Assembly: GCA_040901675.1 (NCBI GenBank)
Contig: JBBDYJ010000025.1
Location: 287,943-351,942, forward strand
DNA length: 64,000 nucleotides
Reading direction: 5' to 3'
DNA from: Pirellulales bacterium
Lineage (GTDB): Bacteria > Planctomycetota > Planctomycetia > Pirellulales > JAICIG01
Of this stretch, positions 10,191 to 21,120 are shown in pieces. Each line of letters opens with the position of its first letter. The stretch's first letter is position 1. The notes below the pieces were generated by a model that saw nothing but the letters and a program-made list of their open reading frames with translations, was not told the origin of the DNA and ran no database searches. The position numbers were made by a program, and so were the translations under genes.

Positions 10191-11249
10191 ATGAAGATCG
10201 CGGTGATCGGCGGCGACGGGACCGGGCCGGAAGTGGCGGCCGAGGGACTCAAAGTGCTGGAGGCGGCGGCCTCGCTGGAGAACTTCCCTTACGAGCTGGC
10301 CCATTACGACTTCGGCGGCGAGCGCTATCTGCGCACCGGCGAGACACTGCCCGACGGGGCGGTGAAAGAGCTGGCCGGGTTCGACGCGATCTACCTGGGC
10401 GCGGTGGGGCACCCCGACGTGGCGCCGGGCATCCTGGAAAAGGGACTGCTGCTGGAGCTGCGTTTCCAGCTCGACCAGTACATCAACCTGCGGCCCGTGC
10501 AGTTGTTTCCCGGCGTGGAAACGCCGCTGAAGGACAAAGGCCCGGACGACATCAACTTCGTCGTGGTCCGCGAGAATACCGAGGACCTCTATTGCGGCGT
10601 GGGCGGCTTCCTGAAGAAGAACACGCCCGACGAGGTGGCCAGCCAGACGGCCGTCTACACCCGCAAGGGGTGCGAGCGGGCAATCCGCTGGGCCTTCGAA
10701 TACACGCGGCGGCGCAACAACCCCAAGAAAATGCTCACGCTGGTGGCCAAGACCAACGTGCTCACTTACGGGCACGACCTCTGGTGGCGCACCTTCCAGG
10801 CCGTTGCCGCCGAGTATCCCGACATCAAGGCCGACTACAACCACGTCGACGCTTGCTGCATGTGGATGGTGAAAAACCCGGAATACTACGACGTGATCGT
10901 CACGACGAACATGTTCGGCGACATCATCACCGACCTAGGCGGCATCCTGCAGGGAGGCATGGGGGTGGCGGCCGGGGCGAACCTGAACCCCGAGCCGGGT
11001 GGCACGAGCATGTTCGAGCCGATGGGCGGCAGCGCGCCCAAGTACACGGGCCAGCACGTCATCAACCCCATCGCCGCCATCAACGCCATGGCCATGCTGC
11101 TGGAGCACACCGGTCAGCCGCGGGCGGCGGCGCGCGTGATGCAAGCGATCAAGACGGTGACCGGCACCAAGATGAAGAGCCAGGCGGCCGGCAGAATGGG
11201 CTACAGCACTCAGCAAGTGGGCGACCTGGTGGTCAAGGCACTCGGATAG
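10191..11249 (+). CDS. leuB: 3-isopropylmalate dehydrogenase
   Basis: GDGTGPEV, NLRPV, VRENTEDLY, KTNVL, NMFGDIITD, FEPMGGSAP. Confidence 0.85.
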   Translation: MKIAVIGGDGTGPEVAAEGLKVLEAAASLENFPYELAHYDFGGERYLRTGETLPDGAVKELAGFDAIYLGAVGHPDVAPGILEKGLLLELRFQLDQYINLRPVQLFPGVETPLKDKGPDDINFVVVRENTEDLYCGVGGFLKKNTPDEVASQTAVYTRKGCERAIRWAFEYTRRRNNPKKMLTLVAKTNVLTYGHDLWWRTFQAVAAEYPDIKADYNHVDACCMWMVKNPEYYDVIVTTNMFGDIITDLGGILQGGMGVAAGANLNPEPGGTSMFEPMGGSAPKYTGQHVINPIAAINAMAMLLEHTGQPRAAARVMQAIKTVTGTKMKSQAAGRMGYSTQQVGDLVVKALG

Positions 11250-11254
11250 ACATC

Positions 11255-12028
11255 ATGGCAATCGACCTGTTCGACCTGAAGGGGCGCGTGGCGCTGGTTA
11301 CCGGCGGCAGCAAGGGGCTGGGGCTGGCCATGGCGCGGATTTTTGCCGAGGCCGGCGCGGACGTCATCGTCTCCAGCCGGCACGAGAACGACCTGGCCAA
11401 GGCCGTGGCGGAAATCCAAAAAGTCGCGGCGGGCGGCCGGGCCGGCTATCTCGTGGCCGACATGACCGAGCGGAAGGACATCGAGCGGCTGGCCCAGTCG
11501 GCCCTGGCCGAGCATCGCCACGTCGACATCCTGGTGAACAACGCGGGGTCGAACCAGCCGCAGGCGATCGACGAGATCCGCGACGAGGACTGGGACCGCA
11601 TCATCCAGTTGAACCTGACCAGTTGCATGGCGCTGACGCGGGCCATCGTCCCCTCGATGAAGGAGCGCCGCTGGGGGCGCGTGATCCACATCTCGTCGAT
11701 CATGGGGTTGGCCTCGAAGGAAGCGCGCAACGTCTACTCGGCCACCAAGGCGGGGCTGATCGGCCTGGCCCGCGCCAGCGCGCTGGACCTGGGTCCGTAC
11801 GGCATCACGGTGAACTGCCTGGCCCCCGGGCCTTTTTTGACCGACCTGCCCGGCACGCTGCTGACCGAGGCCGAAAAGAAGGGCTTTGCCCAACGGACCG
11901 CGCTAGGCCGCTGGGGGCAGCCCCGCGAGCTGGCCGGGCCGGCGCTGCTCTTGGCCAGCGAAGCCGGCAGTTACATCACCGGCGCCGTTTTGGTCGTCGA
12001 CGGCGGCACCTTGGTCAAAACCTTCTGA
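11255..12028 (+). CDS. SDR-family oxidoreductase
   Basis: TGGSKGLG, NNAG, YSATK. Confidence 0.9.
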   Translation: MAIDLFDLKGRVALVTGGSKGLGLAMARIFAEAGADVIVSSRHENDLAKAVAEIQKVAAGGRAGYLVADMTERKDIERLAQSALAEHRHVDILVNNAGSNQPQAIDEIRDEDWDRIIQLNLTSCMALTRAIVPSMKERRWGRVIHISSIMGLASKEARNVYSATKAGLIGLARASALDLGPYGITVNCLAPGPFLTDLPGTLLTEAEKKGFAQRTALGRWGQPRELAGPALLLASEAGSYITGAVLVVDGGTLVKTF

Positions 12029-12180
12029 CGCGCCGCGGTATGGTTAGAAGCGAAGTGAGCCCGGTTGTCCGCGCGCGTTGCGATATCGCGCAGCCACTGT
12101 CCGCCCTTGTATGACCAATGTACACGGGATGCCGGTCATGGCAGACTGGCTCGCCGTGGAGCCGTGAGGAGAGCTTTTGC

Positions 12181-12298
12181 CGCCCTGAAAGGGCAATGAC
12201 ATACCAGCCCAGGGCAGAGCGCAGCGGCGTCAGCCGCGCAGCGCCGCCCTGGGAAGGTGCCACCCCAAAAGCGCGGGTGCCCTGAAAGGGCGAAACAA
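12181..12298 (+). repeat. REP-like composite palindrome (GCCCTGAAAGGGC ... AGCCCAGGGC..GCCCTGGG ... GCCCTGAAAGGGCGAAACA)
   Basis: Closely related copy at 23134-23253, diverged copy at 36961-37052. Confidence 0.8.
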
Positions 12299-12450
12299 GG
12301 CGTCGCGCGGTCGGCCGCCGTCGGTCGCGTCGCCCTTTGACGCGGAGGAGCGAACCGCGCGCCCTTCGGCCCCTGGCCTCCGCCCCGCTGACTGGGCCGC
12401 GAGTCCGCCGCAGGCGGAACTTCCGACCTCTGCCCTCCGACCTCTGCTCC

Positions 12451-13026
12451 TCAGCTATGCATGCGGGGCGGCTCGCCGCCGCGGCCGATGATCCGGGCCT
12501 CTTCAGCCGAAAGCTCTTCCAGCCGCTGGTGTACTTCATCCGGTGGTGCAAACAGCCGGGCCATCTGCACATAGCTGGAATGGTGCCGCGCTTCGGACTC
12601 GAACAAGTCCCGATAGAAATCGGCCAGTGGCCGGTCGTCCAGCCGCTCCATCAAGAGGGCGAAGCGCTCGCAAGAGCGGGCCTCGATCAGCGCAGCGATC
12701 AGCAGCCGGTCCACGGCCCGCTGCGGTTCCTCTTGGCGCACCAACTCGGCCAGGTCGGCGCCGTAGCGGCTCGGCTTTAATCGCCGGAAGCGGATGCCCC
12801 GCCGCTGGAGCAGGTCGAGCACGCGGCAGAAGTGGTCCAGCTCTTCGGCCACAATCTCCGAAAGCGGCCGGACCAGGTCCACCTTGTCGACATACGCGAA
12901 GATCAGGTTCATGGCCGTGCCGGCCGCCTTCTTTTCGCAGTGCGCATGGTCCAGCAGCAGCTCGTCCAGGTTGCCGCGGACGCTCTCGAACCAACTATCG
13001 GCGGTCGGTGTCTTGAGGCTCAGCAC
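12451..13026 (-). CDS. miaE: tRNA-(ms2io6A) hydroxylase
   Basis: DHAHCEKKAA, EELDHF, ALIEARSCERF, SEARH, terminal RMHS. Confidence 0.92.
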   Translation of the reverse strand: MLSLKTPTADSWFESVRGNLDELLLDHAHCEKKAAGTAMNLIFAYVDKVDLVRPLSEIVAEELDHFCRVLDLLQRRGIRFRRLKPSRYGADLAELVRQEEPQRAVDRLLIAALIEARSCERFALLMERLDDRPLADFYRDLFESEARHHSSYVQMARLFAPPDEVHQRLEELSAEEARIIGRGGEPPRMHS

Positions 13027-13164
13027 AACGAGTTTTTACCTTCCCGGTCAGCACTGCGGAAGTCCCCGCCTTGCATGTCGAACTGCTCGGTGGCGCGCGG
13101 TATAATCGTCTTCTCGCCGCCCCAGGGTGCGGAGTAAAGGACAACGTGGGACAGGAGAACACGA

Positions 13165-13407
13165 TTGACGATTGAGCAAGTGCGGACGGCCTACGGGGCC
13201 GAGCCATTTCGCCCGTTTGTCCTGCACCTTGCCGACGGCCGCAAATTGGCCGTTCAGCACCGCGAGTTCATGGCCACCGCGCCCAGCGGCCGCACGATTG
13301 TCGTCTACCAGCCGGACGATTCGTTCAACGTCGTGGATCTGCTGTTGGTCGCCGACTTGGAGTTCAAAGCTTCGGCGGACGGCCGACGCAAGCGACCAAA
13401 GCACTAG
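13165..13407 (+). CDS. Small hypothetical protein (PFRPFxLHLADG type)
   Basis: AGGAG RBS before a TTG start; TATAAT at 13101. Confidence 0.7.
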   Translation: MTIEQVRTAYGAEPFRPFVLHLADGRKLAVQHREFMATAPSGRTIVVYQPDDSFNVVDLLLVADLEFKASADGRRKRPKH

Positions 13408-13415
13408 GCGCTTTC

Positions 13416-14426
13416 GTGCTTGCTCTCGAAGAAAAACTGGCGCGGGCCTGGCCTCCGGCCGGGTGGCGCGACGTGACGGTGCTGGTCGCCGTGTCGGGCG
13501 GGCCGGACAGCGTGGCGCTGTTGCGCGCTTTGGCCGCCATTCGCGGCCCGGGGCCGGGACGGCTCGTGGCGGCCCACTTCAATCATCGTTTGCGCGGCGC
13601 CGATTCGGACGACGACGAACAGTTCGTGGTCAGCCTGTGCCGCCAGCTCGGGGTGGAGCTCGAGCTGGGCCGGGCGGATACTTCTCCCCCGCCGCCGGCG
13701 GTCGGCGACGGCCTGGAGGCGGCGGCACGCCAGGCGCGATACGCGTTTTTGAAAGCGGCCGCGGCGCGCCGGGGGGCCCGCTACGTGGCCACCGCCCACA
13801 CGGCCGACGACCAGGCACTGACGATTTTGCACCGCGTGCTGCGGGGCACGGGCCTGGCCGGGCTGGCGGGCATCCCGCGCGTCCGTCGGCTCTCGCGCGG
13901 CACGGCCCTGGTGCGGCCTTTGTTGACGATGCGGCGGCAGGAGCTGCTGGCATATCTGGAGGAGCTTGGGCAGACGTACCGGGTCGACTCGAGCAACCTC
14001 CAGACGCTTCACACCCGCAATCGGCTGCGGCTGGAGCTGTTGCCGCAACTGGAGCAGCACTACAACCCGCGCGTGGTCGAGGCCCTCGTACGGCTGGGTA
14101 CACTGGCCGGCGAGGCGCAGCAGGTGCTGGAGCCGATGATCGAATCGCTGACCGAGCAGGCTGTCCACGCGCAGCGGGGTCGAGTGGTGATCGACTGCTC
14201 CGCCCTGGCGGGCCAGCCGAGGTACCTGGTGCGCGAGATGTTCGTGGTCGCGTGGCGGGGGCAGGGCTGGCCCGAACAATCGATGGGCTTCGAGCAGTGG
14301 GAGCGGCTGGCCGAGCTGGCGATGACCGGGGCCACCCGCCGGGAAGTCAAGATCACGCTGCCCGGAGCCATAGCCGCGCATAAAAAAGGCGAGCAGCTTA
14401 CGCTGGCTCGCCTGGAGCAAGACTGA
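13416..14426 (+). CDS. tilS: tRNA(Ile)-lysidine synthetase
   Basis: AVSGGPDS, HFNHRLR, AHTADDQA, RPLL, DSSN...RNRLR. Confidence 0.93.
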   Translation: MLALEEKLARAWPPAGWRDVTVLVAVSGGPDSVALLRALAAIRGPGPGRLVAAHFNHRLRGADSDDDEQFVVSLCRQLGVELELGRADTSPPPPAVGDGLEAAARQARYAFLKAAAARRGARYVATAHTADDQALTILHRVLRGTGLAGLAGIPRVRRLSRGTALVRPLLTMRRQELLAYLEELGQTYRVDSSNLQTLHTRNRLRLELLPQLEQHYNPRVVEALVRLGTLAGEAQQVLEPMIESLTEQAVHAQRGRVVIDCSALAGQPRYLVREMFVVAWRGQGWPEQSMGFEQWERLAELAMTGATRREVKITLPGAIAAHKKGEQLTLARLEQD

Positions 14427-14479
14427 AGTGCACGGCCGGCGCGCCGCGCCCGGCCGTGCTTGCAGTGGATCGGGCCGGT

Positions 14480-15949
14480 TTACTGGATCGGACCTTCCAC
14501 GCCGCCGGACAGCTTTTCGGGGTCAATCCGGCCCGCCAGGATCTCCGGTTGGTAGCCGCCGCGCGCTTTGTCGTACAGCGCGATCCCGCCGAAAATGAAG
14601 ATCAACGCCGCGGGCAGAATGCTGACCCAGCGGAACGCCATCGAAAAGCCGATGCGCTCGGCCGACTCGGCCACCTCGCGAGGCGGACTCTGCTCGGGCA
14701 GGCTTTGGACCGCCTGGGCATCCAGGCCGGTGTACTTGCCCTTGTCATCGGCCTTCAGAATGGTCGATACCGGCACGGAACCCAACGACTCTTCGTTTTC
14801 GACCACGTGGGTTACGGCGTAGTGGTCGACAATCTTGCCCATCTGGGGCAGCACGAAAGCGATCGAGATATTCCCGGCCGACCCCATCAGGGCCAGGATC
14901 AGCGCGCCCCCCTTGGGGAACCGCTCGGCGGCCACGCCCAGCATCGTGGGCCAGAAGTAGGCGATCCCCAGGCCATAGATCGTTGCGTAGGCAAAGGCGG
15001 TCTGAACTGAATCGGCATAGCTCAACAGGTACAGCCCGACCGCGGAGAGCACCGCCGAGCCGGTGAGCATGCCCACGGGCGAAAGCCGGTGGGCGATCGG
15101 CCCGGCAAAGTGCCGCAGCACGAACATCATGCCGGAGGTATAGACCAGGATCAGCGTGCCCGCCGAGGCGGTCTTGAGCATGCTGGTCATGACCGAGTTC
15201 TGCCATTTCTGCGGGCCCAACTCGGTGGCGGCCGTCAGCAGCATGCAGAACGCCCACAGCAGGAACATCGGACGCGCCACCTGCGACAGCATCTCGCCCG
15301 TGGAAACGCCCGATGCGACCCGCTCGGTGGCCGGAAACAGCGAGCCGATGAGCATGAACCCGTAGACCAGCGCCGGGATCACGATCAAGAACAAGCAGCA
15401 CTGCCAGTACTCCAGGCCCGCGATGAGGTTCGTCTCGTCGGTGCCCGCCGTGAAGACCACGTTCCGCATGAACACGGCCAGCAACCCGCCGATCACCAGG
15501 CCCCCGGGCCACCAGGCGTGCAGGATGTTGAGGAAGTGCGTCTTTTGTTTGTGATAGAGCGTCGCCACCAGCGGATTGATGCCGACTTCGGTAAAGCCGT
15601 TGCCGAATCCCATCAAGAGGCCGGAGACGTAAAGCCACCAATACGCGTTGTCACTGCTGGTGAAATCCACGTTCTTGGAGAAAACCATGCCCAGCGTGCC
15701 GGAGAGGTGGCTGGCCAGGGCCATGAACATGATCGTCTTGATCCCCAGAAAGTCGCAGACAAATCCGCCGAACAGCATCGAGATGGCCATGCCGTAGAAG
15801 ATCGCCTGCCCGATGTCGCCGTTTTGTTGTTGATTGAAGTTGAACGTCTTACCCATCTCCTGCATCACGTCGCCGTGCAAGCTGAAAGTGAATGCCGACG
15901 TGACCAGGGCGATACAGCTACAGATGAACAGGCGACGGTTGTTGAACAT
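14480..15949 (-). CDS. MFS transporter
   Basis: About 12 hydrophobic segments; INPLVATLY, NILHAWWPGG, YFWPTMLG. Confidence 0.88.
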   Translation of the reverse strand: MFNNRRLFICSCIALVTSAFTFSLHGDVMQEMGKTFNFNQQQNGDIGQAIFYGMAISMLFGGFVCDFLGIKTIMFMALASHLSGTLGMVFSKNVDFTSSDNAYWWLYVSGLLMGFGNGFTEVGINPLVATLYHKQKTHFLNILHAWWPGGLVIGGLLAVFMRNVVFTAGTDETNLIAGLEYWQCCLFLIVIPALVYGFMLIGSLFPATERVASGVSTGEMLSQVARPMFLLWAFCMLLTAATELGPQKWQNSVMTSMLKTASAGTLILVYTSGMMFVLRHFAGPIAHRLSPVGMLTGSAVLSAVGLYLLSYADSVQTAFAYATIYGLGIAYFWPTMLGVAAERFPKGGALILALMGSAGNISIAFVLPQMGKIVDHYAVTHVVENEESLGSVPVSTILKADDKGKYTGLDAQAVQSLPEQSPPREVAESAERIGFSMAFRWVSILPAALIFIFGGIALYDKARGGYQPEILAGRIDPEKLSGGVEGPIQ

Positions 15950-16316
15950 CCGGTGACTCCTCGTGACTGCGGTGGGCGGGTGCTCTTGGCGCGCGGTAAA
16001 ATCCACGCCGCATCGCGCCGGCCAGCCACGCGATGCGGCTCATGCTGCTCGGGAGCGATCCGACAAGGACGGCCGGATTCGAGTATACAAGCGGCCCAAG
16101 CAAAGTAAATCCGCCGCTCGTAGTGATTTGTGGCACTTCCGCGGGCGGCTTCGGCACGACACGCACGATCCGTCCGGATCGCCTGGCTTACCCAATTGCT
16201 CGACCGGACTCCAGCCCGGGCGATCAAACCTGCCTTGACCGGCTGCGCTGCCAAGACGTACCATTCCACGCCTTTATCTTTTTTGCCGGCAGCCGGATAC
16301 GTAAACGGAACCGCCT

Positions 16317-17561
16317 ATGCGGCCACCTTCGAGCGACTGGACCAGGCTCGGGGGGCTGTTGCTCGTGGCGCTTGGCACGCGGTTGGCCGCGGCCGTCTGG
16401 TGGCAGGCCCGTCTGGAACCCGGAGCAAGCTTTGCCTTTCCTGACAGCCAGACGTATTGGGACCTGGGTCAGGCCCTGGCCAACGGCGAGCCGTTTCAGT
16501 ACGGCTCCCCCGACGCCAGCATCTTCCGCATGCCCGGCTACCCCTGGCTCTTGTCGCTGATGTTTCGGCTGCTGGGAACCGACGCCTCCGTGATGTGGGC
16601 CCGCGGCCTGGGAGCCGTGCTCGGAACGCTGACCGTGGCGGCCCTGTACTGGCTGGCACGGCAGATGTTCGACCGCTCCTCGGCACTCATCGCGGCCGCC
16701 ATGGCGGCCGTTTATCCGGGAGCCGTCGGCATGAGCGTGTTCGTGCTGAGCGAGGCGCTCTTCTGCCCGCTGATGCTGGCGCAGCTCGCGCTTTGGGCCG
16801 CAAGCTGGCAGGCCGCCAGCCGTCGCGGCTCGATCTGGTTGTCGGCGGCGTCCGGCCTGCTGGCCGGCCTGGCTACGCTGACGCGCCCCAGTTGGCTGGC
16901 CTTCGTCCCCTTCGTCATGCTGGCTGGCCTGGTGGCGGGCGGCCAGCGGCGGCGGCACCTGCTGCTGGGGTTGGCGGCGCTGGCCGCTCTGGCGCTGGCC
17001 ATGCTGCCCTGGTGGGTCCGCAACGCGCGGCTGGTGGGCCACTTCGTGCCGACCACGCTGCAGGTCGGCGCCAGCTTGTACGACGGCTTGAATCCGCGGG
17101 CCGACGGCGGCAGCGATATGTCGTTCGTGCCCCGTTTCGAGGCGCTGGAGCGGGCCAACGCGGCGGCCGGCGAGCCGTTCGAATACCGCCTCGACCGGCG
17201 GCTGCGCAACGAAGCCATCGAGTACGCCCGGAACAATCCGGGGCGGGCGCTGGCCCTGGCCGCAATCAAGGCGGCGCGGATGTGGAACGTCTGGCCCAAC
17301 GAGGCGATTTCAGGGGGCTGGCTCGTGGGGCTGCTGATGCTTCTGACCTACGTGCCGGCCTTGGGCTTGGCGCTGGCCGGCGCTTGGAAATACCGGCGGT
17401 TGGGATGGCCCTACGCGTTGTGCTGGCTCCCGGCGGGGTATCTCACGCTGCTGCACATGATTTTCGTCAGTTCGATTCGTTACCGCGAGCCGGCCATGCT
17501 GGCCCTGCTGGTGCTGTCGGCCGCCACTGTGCGAGGAGTCCTGGTATCGCGAGGGGAGTGA
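16317..17561 (+). CDS. GT-C (ArnT/PMT-like) membrane glycosyltransferase
   Basis: Multi-TM; DS.TY...RMPGYP, LSEALF, TRPS, PWWVRN. Confidence 0.82.
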   Translation: MRPPSSDWTRLGGLLLVALGTRLAAAVWWQARLEPGASFAFPDSQTYWDLGQALANGEPFQYGSPDASIFRMPGYPWLLSLMFRLLGTDASVMWARGLGAVLGTLTVAALYWLARQMFDRSSALIAAAMAAVYPGAVGMSVFVLSEALFCPLMLAQLALWAASWQAASRRGSIWLSAASGLLAGLATLTRPSWLAFVPFVMLAGLVAGGQRRRHLLLGLAALAALALAMLPWWVRNARLVGHFVPTTLQVGASLYDGLNPRADGGSDMSFVPRFEALERANAAAGEPFEYRLDRRLRNEAIEYARNNPGRALALAAIKAARMWNVWPNEAISGGWLVGLLMLLTYVPALGLALAGAWKYRRLGWPYALCWLPAGYLTLLHMIFVSSIRYREPAMLALLVLSAATVRGVLVSRGE

Positions 17562-20500
17562 TCCATTTCTGTTGGAGCGGTTGCAAACGGGGGCTGCTAG
17601 CCGTACTGCTGGCCGCCTCGGTGGGAGTGTTGTATTTCCACAACCGCATGGACGAGGAGATTCGACGCGCGGTCGAGGAGCGGATTGCCGAGCAGTACCC
17701 GGACCTGGCGGTGAGCGTGCGGGGGGCCCAGTGGGTCAAGGGCGAAGGGATCGAGGTCCGCGGGCTGTTGATCGTCGAGCCCGGCGCCAGCGGGCCGGCA
17801 GCCCAACTGGCATACCTGGAAGAGTTATTCCTGTTCAGCGACGTCCAGTGGCAAGACCTGATCCGAGGCGAGCTGGTCATCTCGCACTTCGCCATTCGCC
17901 GGCCGCTGGTCCGGATGACCCGCCGGCCCGACGGCACGTGGAGCGCTGCCAAACTGCTGCCGCTGCCGAAGCTGAGCAAGGACGCGCCGCAAGGCACTAT
18001 TGAAGGCGCCGTTTTCGAAATATCCGACCCGTCGAGAGAACCGGCCGCCACGCTGACGCTGCGGGAGATCGACCTCGAGTTCGGGCCGGCCGCCAACGAG
18101 CAACCAGGCCCCGACGGGCGCCGACCGCTGCGGGTCAAGGGCACGATGCTGGGCGACCATCTGAAGCGGATCGACCTGGACGCGATCTTCCATCCCAGCG
18201 GAGCTTCGTTCGACGCGGCGGGCAAAGTCGAGGCCCTGGACTTTTCGCAGGAGCTGGTCAAGTCGCTCCCCGCCGAGGCGGCGAGCTGTCTGGCCGAATT
18301 GAGCGCGCTTCGCGGCCAGGTGCAGGCAAGCTTCCGAGTCCGGCGCGATCCGGCGGCGAACCCGGCACTCACTTACGAGGTGCAGGGGGAACTTTTCCGG
18401 GGCCGCATCGATGACAAGCGGCTCCCCTATCCTCTCACGGACGTCCGCGCGTCGTTCCGCTGCGACCAACTCGGTTTTGCCGTCCAGGAGCTGACGGCCC
18501 GCAGCGGGCCGACGACATTCCGCCTGGAGCTGGCACACACGGGCTACGGCAAGCAAGGAGGGCTGAAGTTGAAGGCGGAGAGCCGCCAGATGCCGCTCGA
18601 CGAGAACCTGTTGGCGGTGCTGCCGCTATCGTGGCAGAACCAGTGGAACCGATTTCGGCCGGCCGGATGGATCAACGTCGAGCTGCTGGAGCTGGACTTC
18701 GACGGCCAGAACTGGCGGCCGCACCTGGTCGTGAAATGCCTGGACGTGGGTTTCACCTACCATCAATTCCCCTACCGGCTGGAACATGCCAAGGGCGAGC
18801 TGACATTCAAGGACAATCGGCTCACGATCGACCTGAAGGCGTATAGCCAGGGGAAGGACTATCGGCAGGGGGACGAGGTGCGGCTGAAGGCTACCCTGGT
18901 CAACCCGGGTCCGGCTGCGCTGGTGGACCTGGAGGTCTGGGCGGACCGCATCCAGCTCGACGACAAGTTGTTCGATGCCTTGGGCGATGGGCCGCGCCGC
19001 TTCGTGCGCTCGCTGGCCCCCGAAGGCACGGCCAGAGTGCATTTCAGGTGCTTCAGCGCTGAGACGGCTCCAGGCGTATTGCACAAGGACCTGAGCATGG
19101 TGCTCAATCACTGCAAGCTGCGGTACGCCAACTTTCCCTATCCGCTGGAGAACATTCGCGGCAACATTACGATGCTGGATGGCGTCTGGAACTTCAGGGA
19201 GCTGGAAGGCACAAACGATACGGGGCGGATTACGTGCTCGGGGCACCTGGCGCCCATGGGCAAAGCTTTCCGGTACTCGTTCGCCTTCCACGGCGACAAC
19301 GTGCCGCTGGATCAGGAGCTGCGCCAAGCGCTCAGCCCGGGCGCTGCGCGCCTCTGGCAGGACCTGAAGCCGCGCGGAGCGATCCAACTCGATGCCATCG
19401 TCAGCTACGAACCGGGCGATCTCAAGCCGCGCGTCTGGGTCCAGGCGCGCCCGCTGGAAGGCCCCTCGTATCCTTCCGCTTCGATCGAGCCCAGCTATTT
19501 CCCCTATCGCCTGGAAAAACTGCAAGGAAAGTTCACCTACTGCGACGGCCGCGTCGAGCTGGAAAACTTCCGAGCCGAGCATGGCGCCACCCGCCTGGCC
19601 GCCCATGGCAACTGCCAACTCAGTAGCGACGGCACCTGGCGGTTGAAGCTCAATCCCATGTCGGTCGACCGGCTGCGGGCCGACCGCGATCTGGTCCAGG
19701 CGCTGAGCGGCCGCTTGAAGAAGGCAGTGATGGACTTGCGGCCCACCGGCGGCCCGATCAACCTGCGCGGCACGCTGGAGCTGGCCAGCGGAGGCAGCCC
19801 CGGCAGCCCGATCACGGCCGCCTGGGACCTGGACCTGCACCTCCAGCAGTGCCATCTCGATTGCGGCGTCGAGCTGGCGCATCTCAACGGCCGGATCCAC
19901 CTGGCCGGGGCGTTCGACGGCCTGCAGTACCACGCCTACGGCGGGTTGAAGATCGACTCGGTGATCTACAAGGGTTTTCAATTCACCGAGGTGATGGGCC
20001 CGATCTGGCTGGACGACAAGCAGGTTCTGCTGGGTCTGTGGGCGGATCGGCAGCGAGGCGTCAAACCACAGCACCACGTGACGGGTCATTTGTACGGAGG
20101 CCGGCTGGTGGGCGACCTATGGGTGGAGACCGGCCTCAGCCCGCGCTACGCGCTGCAAGCCACGCTCACGGAAGCGGACCTGGGGAGGTGGGCGCGCGAA
20201 AGCGCGGCGGGGCCCCAGCAGCTCAGCGGGCAGGTGTGGGCCACGCTCAATCTGCGCGGCAAGGGGCAGGGCGCGCATAACCTGGGCGGCAACGGCAGCG
20301 TCCAACTCCGCAATGCCGACTTGTACGAGCTGCCGGTGATGCTGGCACTGTTGAAGACGTTGAGCGGGCGGCCCCCCGACACGACCGCCTTCACCACCAG
20401 CGACGTCGATTTCGTCGTTGAAGGCGAACACGTGTACCTGAAGCGGATCGACTGCAACGGCGATGCGATCAGCCTGCGAGGAACGGGCGAGATGGGGCTC

Positions 20501-20764
20501 GACCGCGGCATCAACATGACTTTCTACACCATTGTCGGCCGGGGCGGACTGCGGATCCCGCTGGTCGACCAGCTCGGCGGTTTTGCCAGCCAGCAGATCC
20601 TCCGCATCCACGTGGGCGGAACGCTCGACAACCCCCAGACGCGCCGCGAAGTGCTTCCCGTCGTCGCACAGACGCTGCAACAGCTTCAGCTTCCACCACC
20701 CGCCGAGCCGGCGGCCGGCGGCCTGTCGCCGCGCCGCGGCCCGGCGCCGCCCCGGAGGTACTAA
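17558..20764 (+). CDS. AsmA/TamB-like large periplasmic beta-rich protein
   Basis: GTG start overlapping the upstream TGA; N-terminal TM; repeated FPYxLE beta units; C-terminal HVGGTLDNP. Confidence 0.75.
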   Translation: MIHFCWSGCKRGLLAVLLAASVGVLYFHNRMDEEIRRAVEERIAEQYPDLAVSVRGAQWVKGEGIEVRGLLIVEPGASGPAAQLAYLEELFLFSDVQWQDLIRGELVISHFAIRRPLVRMTRRPDGTWSAAKLLPLPKLSKDAPQGTIEGAVFEISDPSREPAATLTLREIDLEFGPAANEQPGPDGRRPLRVKGTMLGDHLKRIDLDAIFHPSGASFDAAGKVEALDFSQELVKSLPAEAASCLAELSALRGQVQASFRVRRDPAANPALTYEVQGELFRGRIDDKRLPYPLTDVRASFRCDQLGFAVQELTARSGPTTFRLELAHTGYGKQGGLKLKAESRQMPLDENLLAVLPLSWQNQWNRFRPAGWINVELLELDFDGQNWRPHLVVKCLDVGFTYHQFPYRLEHAKGELTFKDNRLTIDLKAYSQGKDYRQGDEVRLKATLVNPGPAALVDLEVWADRIQLDDKLFDALGDGPRRFVRSLAPEGTARVHFRCFSAETAPGVLHKDLSMVLNHCKLRYANFPYPLENIRGNITMLDGVWNFRELEGTNDTGRITCSGHLAPMGKAFRYSFAFHGDNVPLDQELRQALSPGAARLWQDLKPRGAIQLDAIVSYEPGDLKPRVWVQARPLEGPSYPSASIEPSYFPYRLEKLQGKFTYCDGRVELENFRAEHGATRLAAHGNCQLSSDGTWRLKLNPMSVDRLRADRDLVQALSGRLKKAVMDLRPTGGPINLRGTLELASGGSPGSPITAAWDLDLHLQQCHLDCGVELAHLNGRIHLAGAFDGLQYHAYGGLKIDSVIYKGFQFTEVMGPIWLDDKQVLLGLWADRQRGVKPQHHVTGHLYGGRLVGDLWVETGLSPRYALQATLTEADLGRWARESAAGPQQLSGQVWATLNLRGKGQGAHNLGGNGSVQLRNADLYELPVMLALLKTLSGRPPDTTAFTTSDVDFVVEGEHVYLKRIDCNGDAISLRGTGEMGLDRGINMTFYTIVGRGGLRIPLVDQLGGFASQQILRIHVGGTLDNPQTRREVLPVVAQTLQQLQLPPPAEPAAGGLSPRRGPAPPRRY

Positions 20765-20799
20765 GGTTTGATTGGGCAAGTCTTCTTGAGAGGTGGGCG

Positions 20800-21120
20800 A
20801 TGAGCATCGCTTCGACGTCGGGAGTGGGCGGCGCGGCCGGCTCGCCTTTGGCCCATGGCAAGGGCTCGGAGCTCCAGCGGTCGCAGCACGAGACCGCCGC
20901 CCAGCAGCGCCAGGTCCAATCGCAGTTGAAGGCCGAGGCCGCCGCCGGTATCGGCGCCACCGACGGCGAGGACCACCAGGTGACCGATCGCGATGCCGAC
21001 GGCCGCCGTTCGTGGGAGCCGCCGCCCGCGCCGAGCGACACGCACGAAGCGGCCAGACCAACCCCACGGCCCCAGCCCCCCAGCGGCCCCAGCGGCAATC
21101 AATTGGACCTCACCGCCTGA
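20800..21120 (+). CDS. Hypothetical protein ending GNQLDLTA
   Basis: GAGGTGG RBS; DRDADGRR motif. Confidence 0.7.
   Translation: MSIASTSGVGGAAGSPLAHGKGSELQRSQHETAAQQRQVQSQLKAEAAAGIGATDGEDHQVTDRDADGRRSWEPPPAPSDTHEAARPTPRPQPPSGPSGNQLDLTA

Noticed and set aside
16457..17557. N-terminal extension making a 1435-aa ORF
   Set aside because: It overlaps the glycosyltransferase in another frame and is Arg/Gly/Ala-rich shadow sequence; the GTG at 17558 is the better start.
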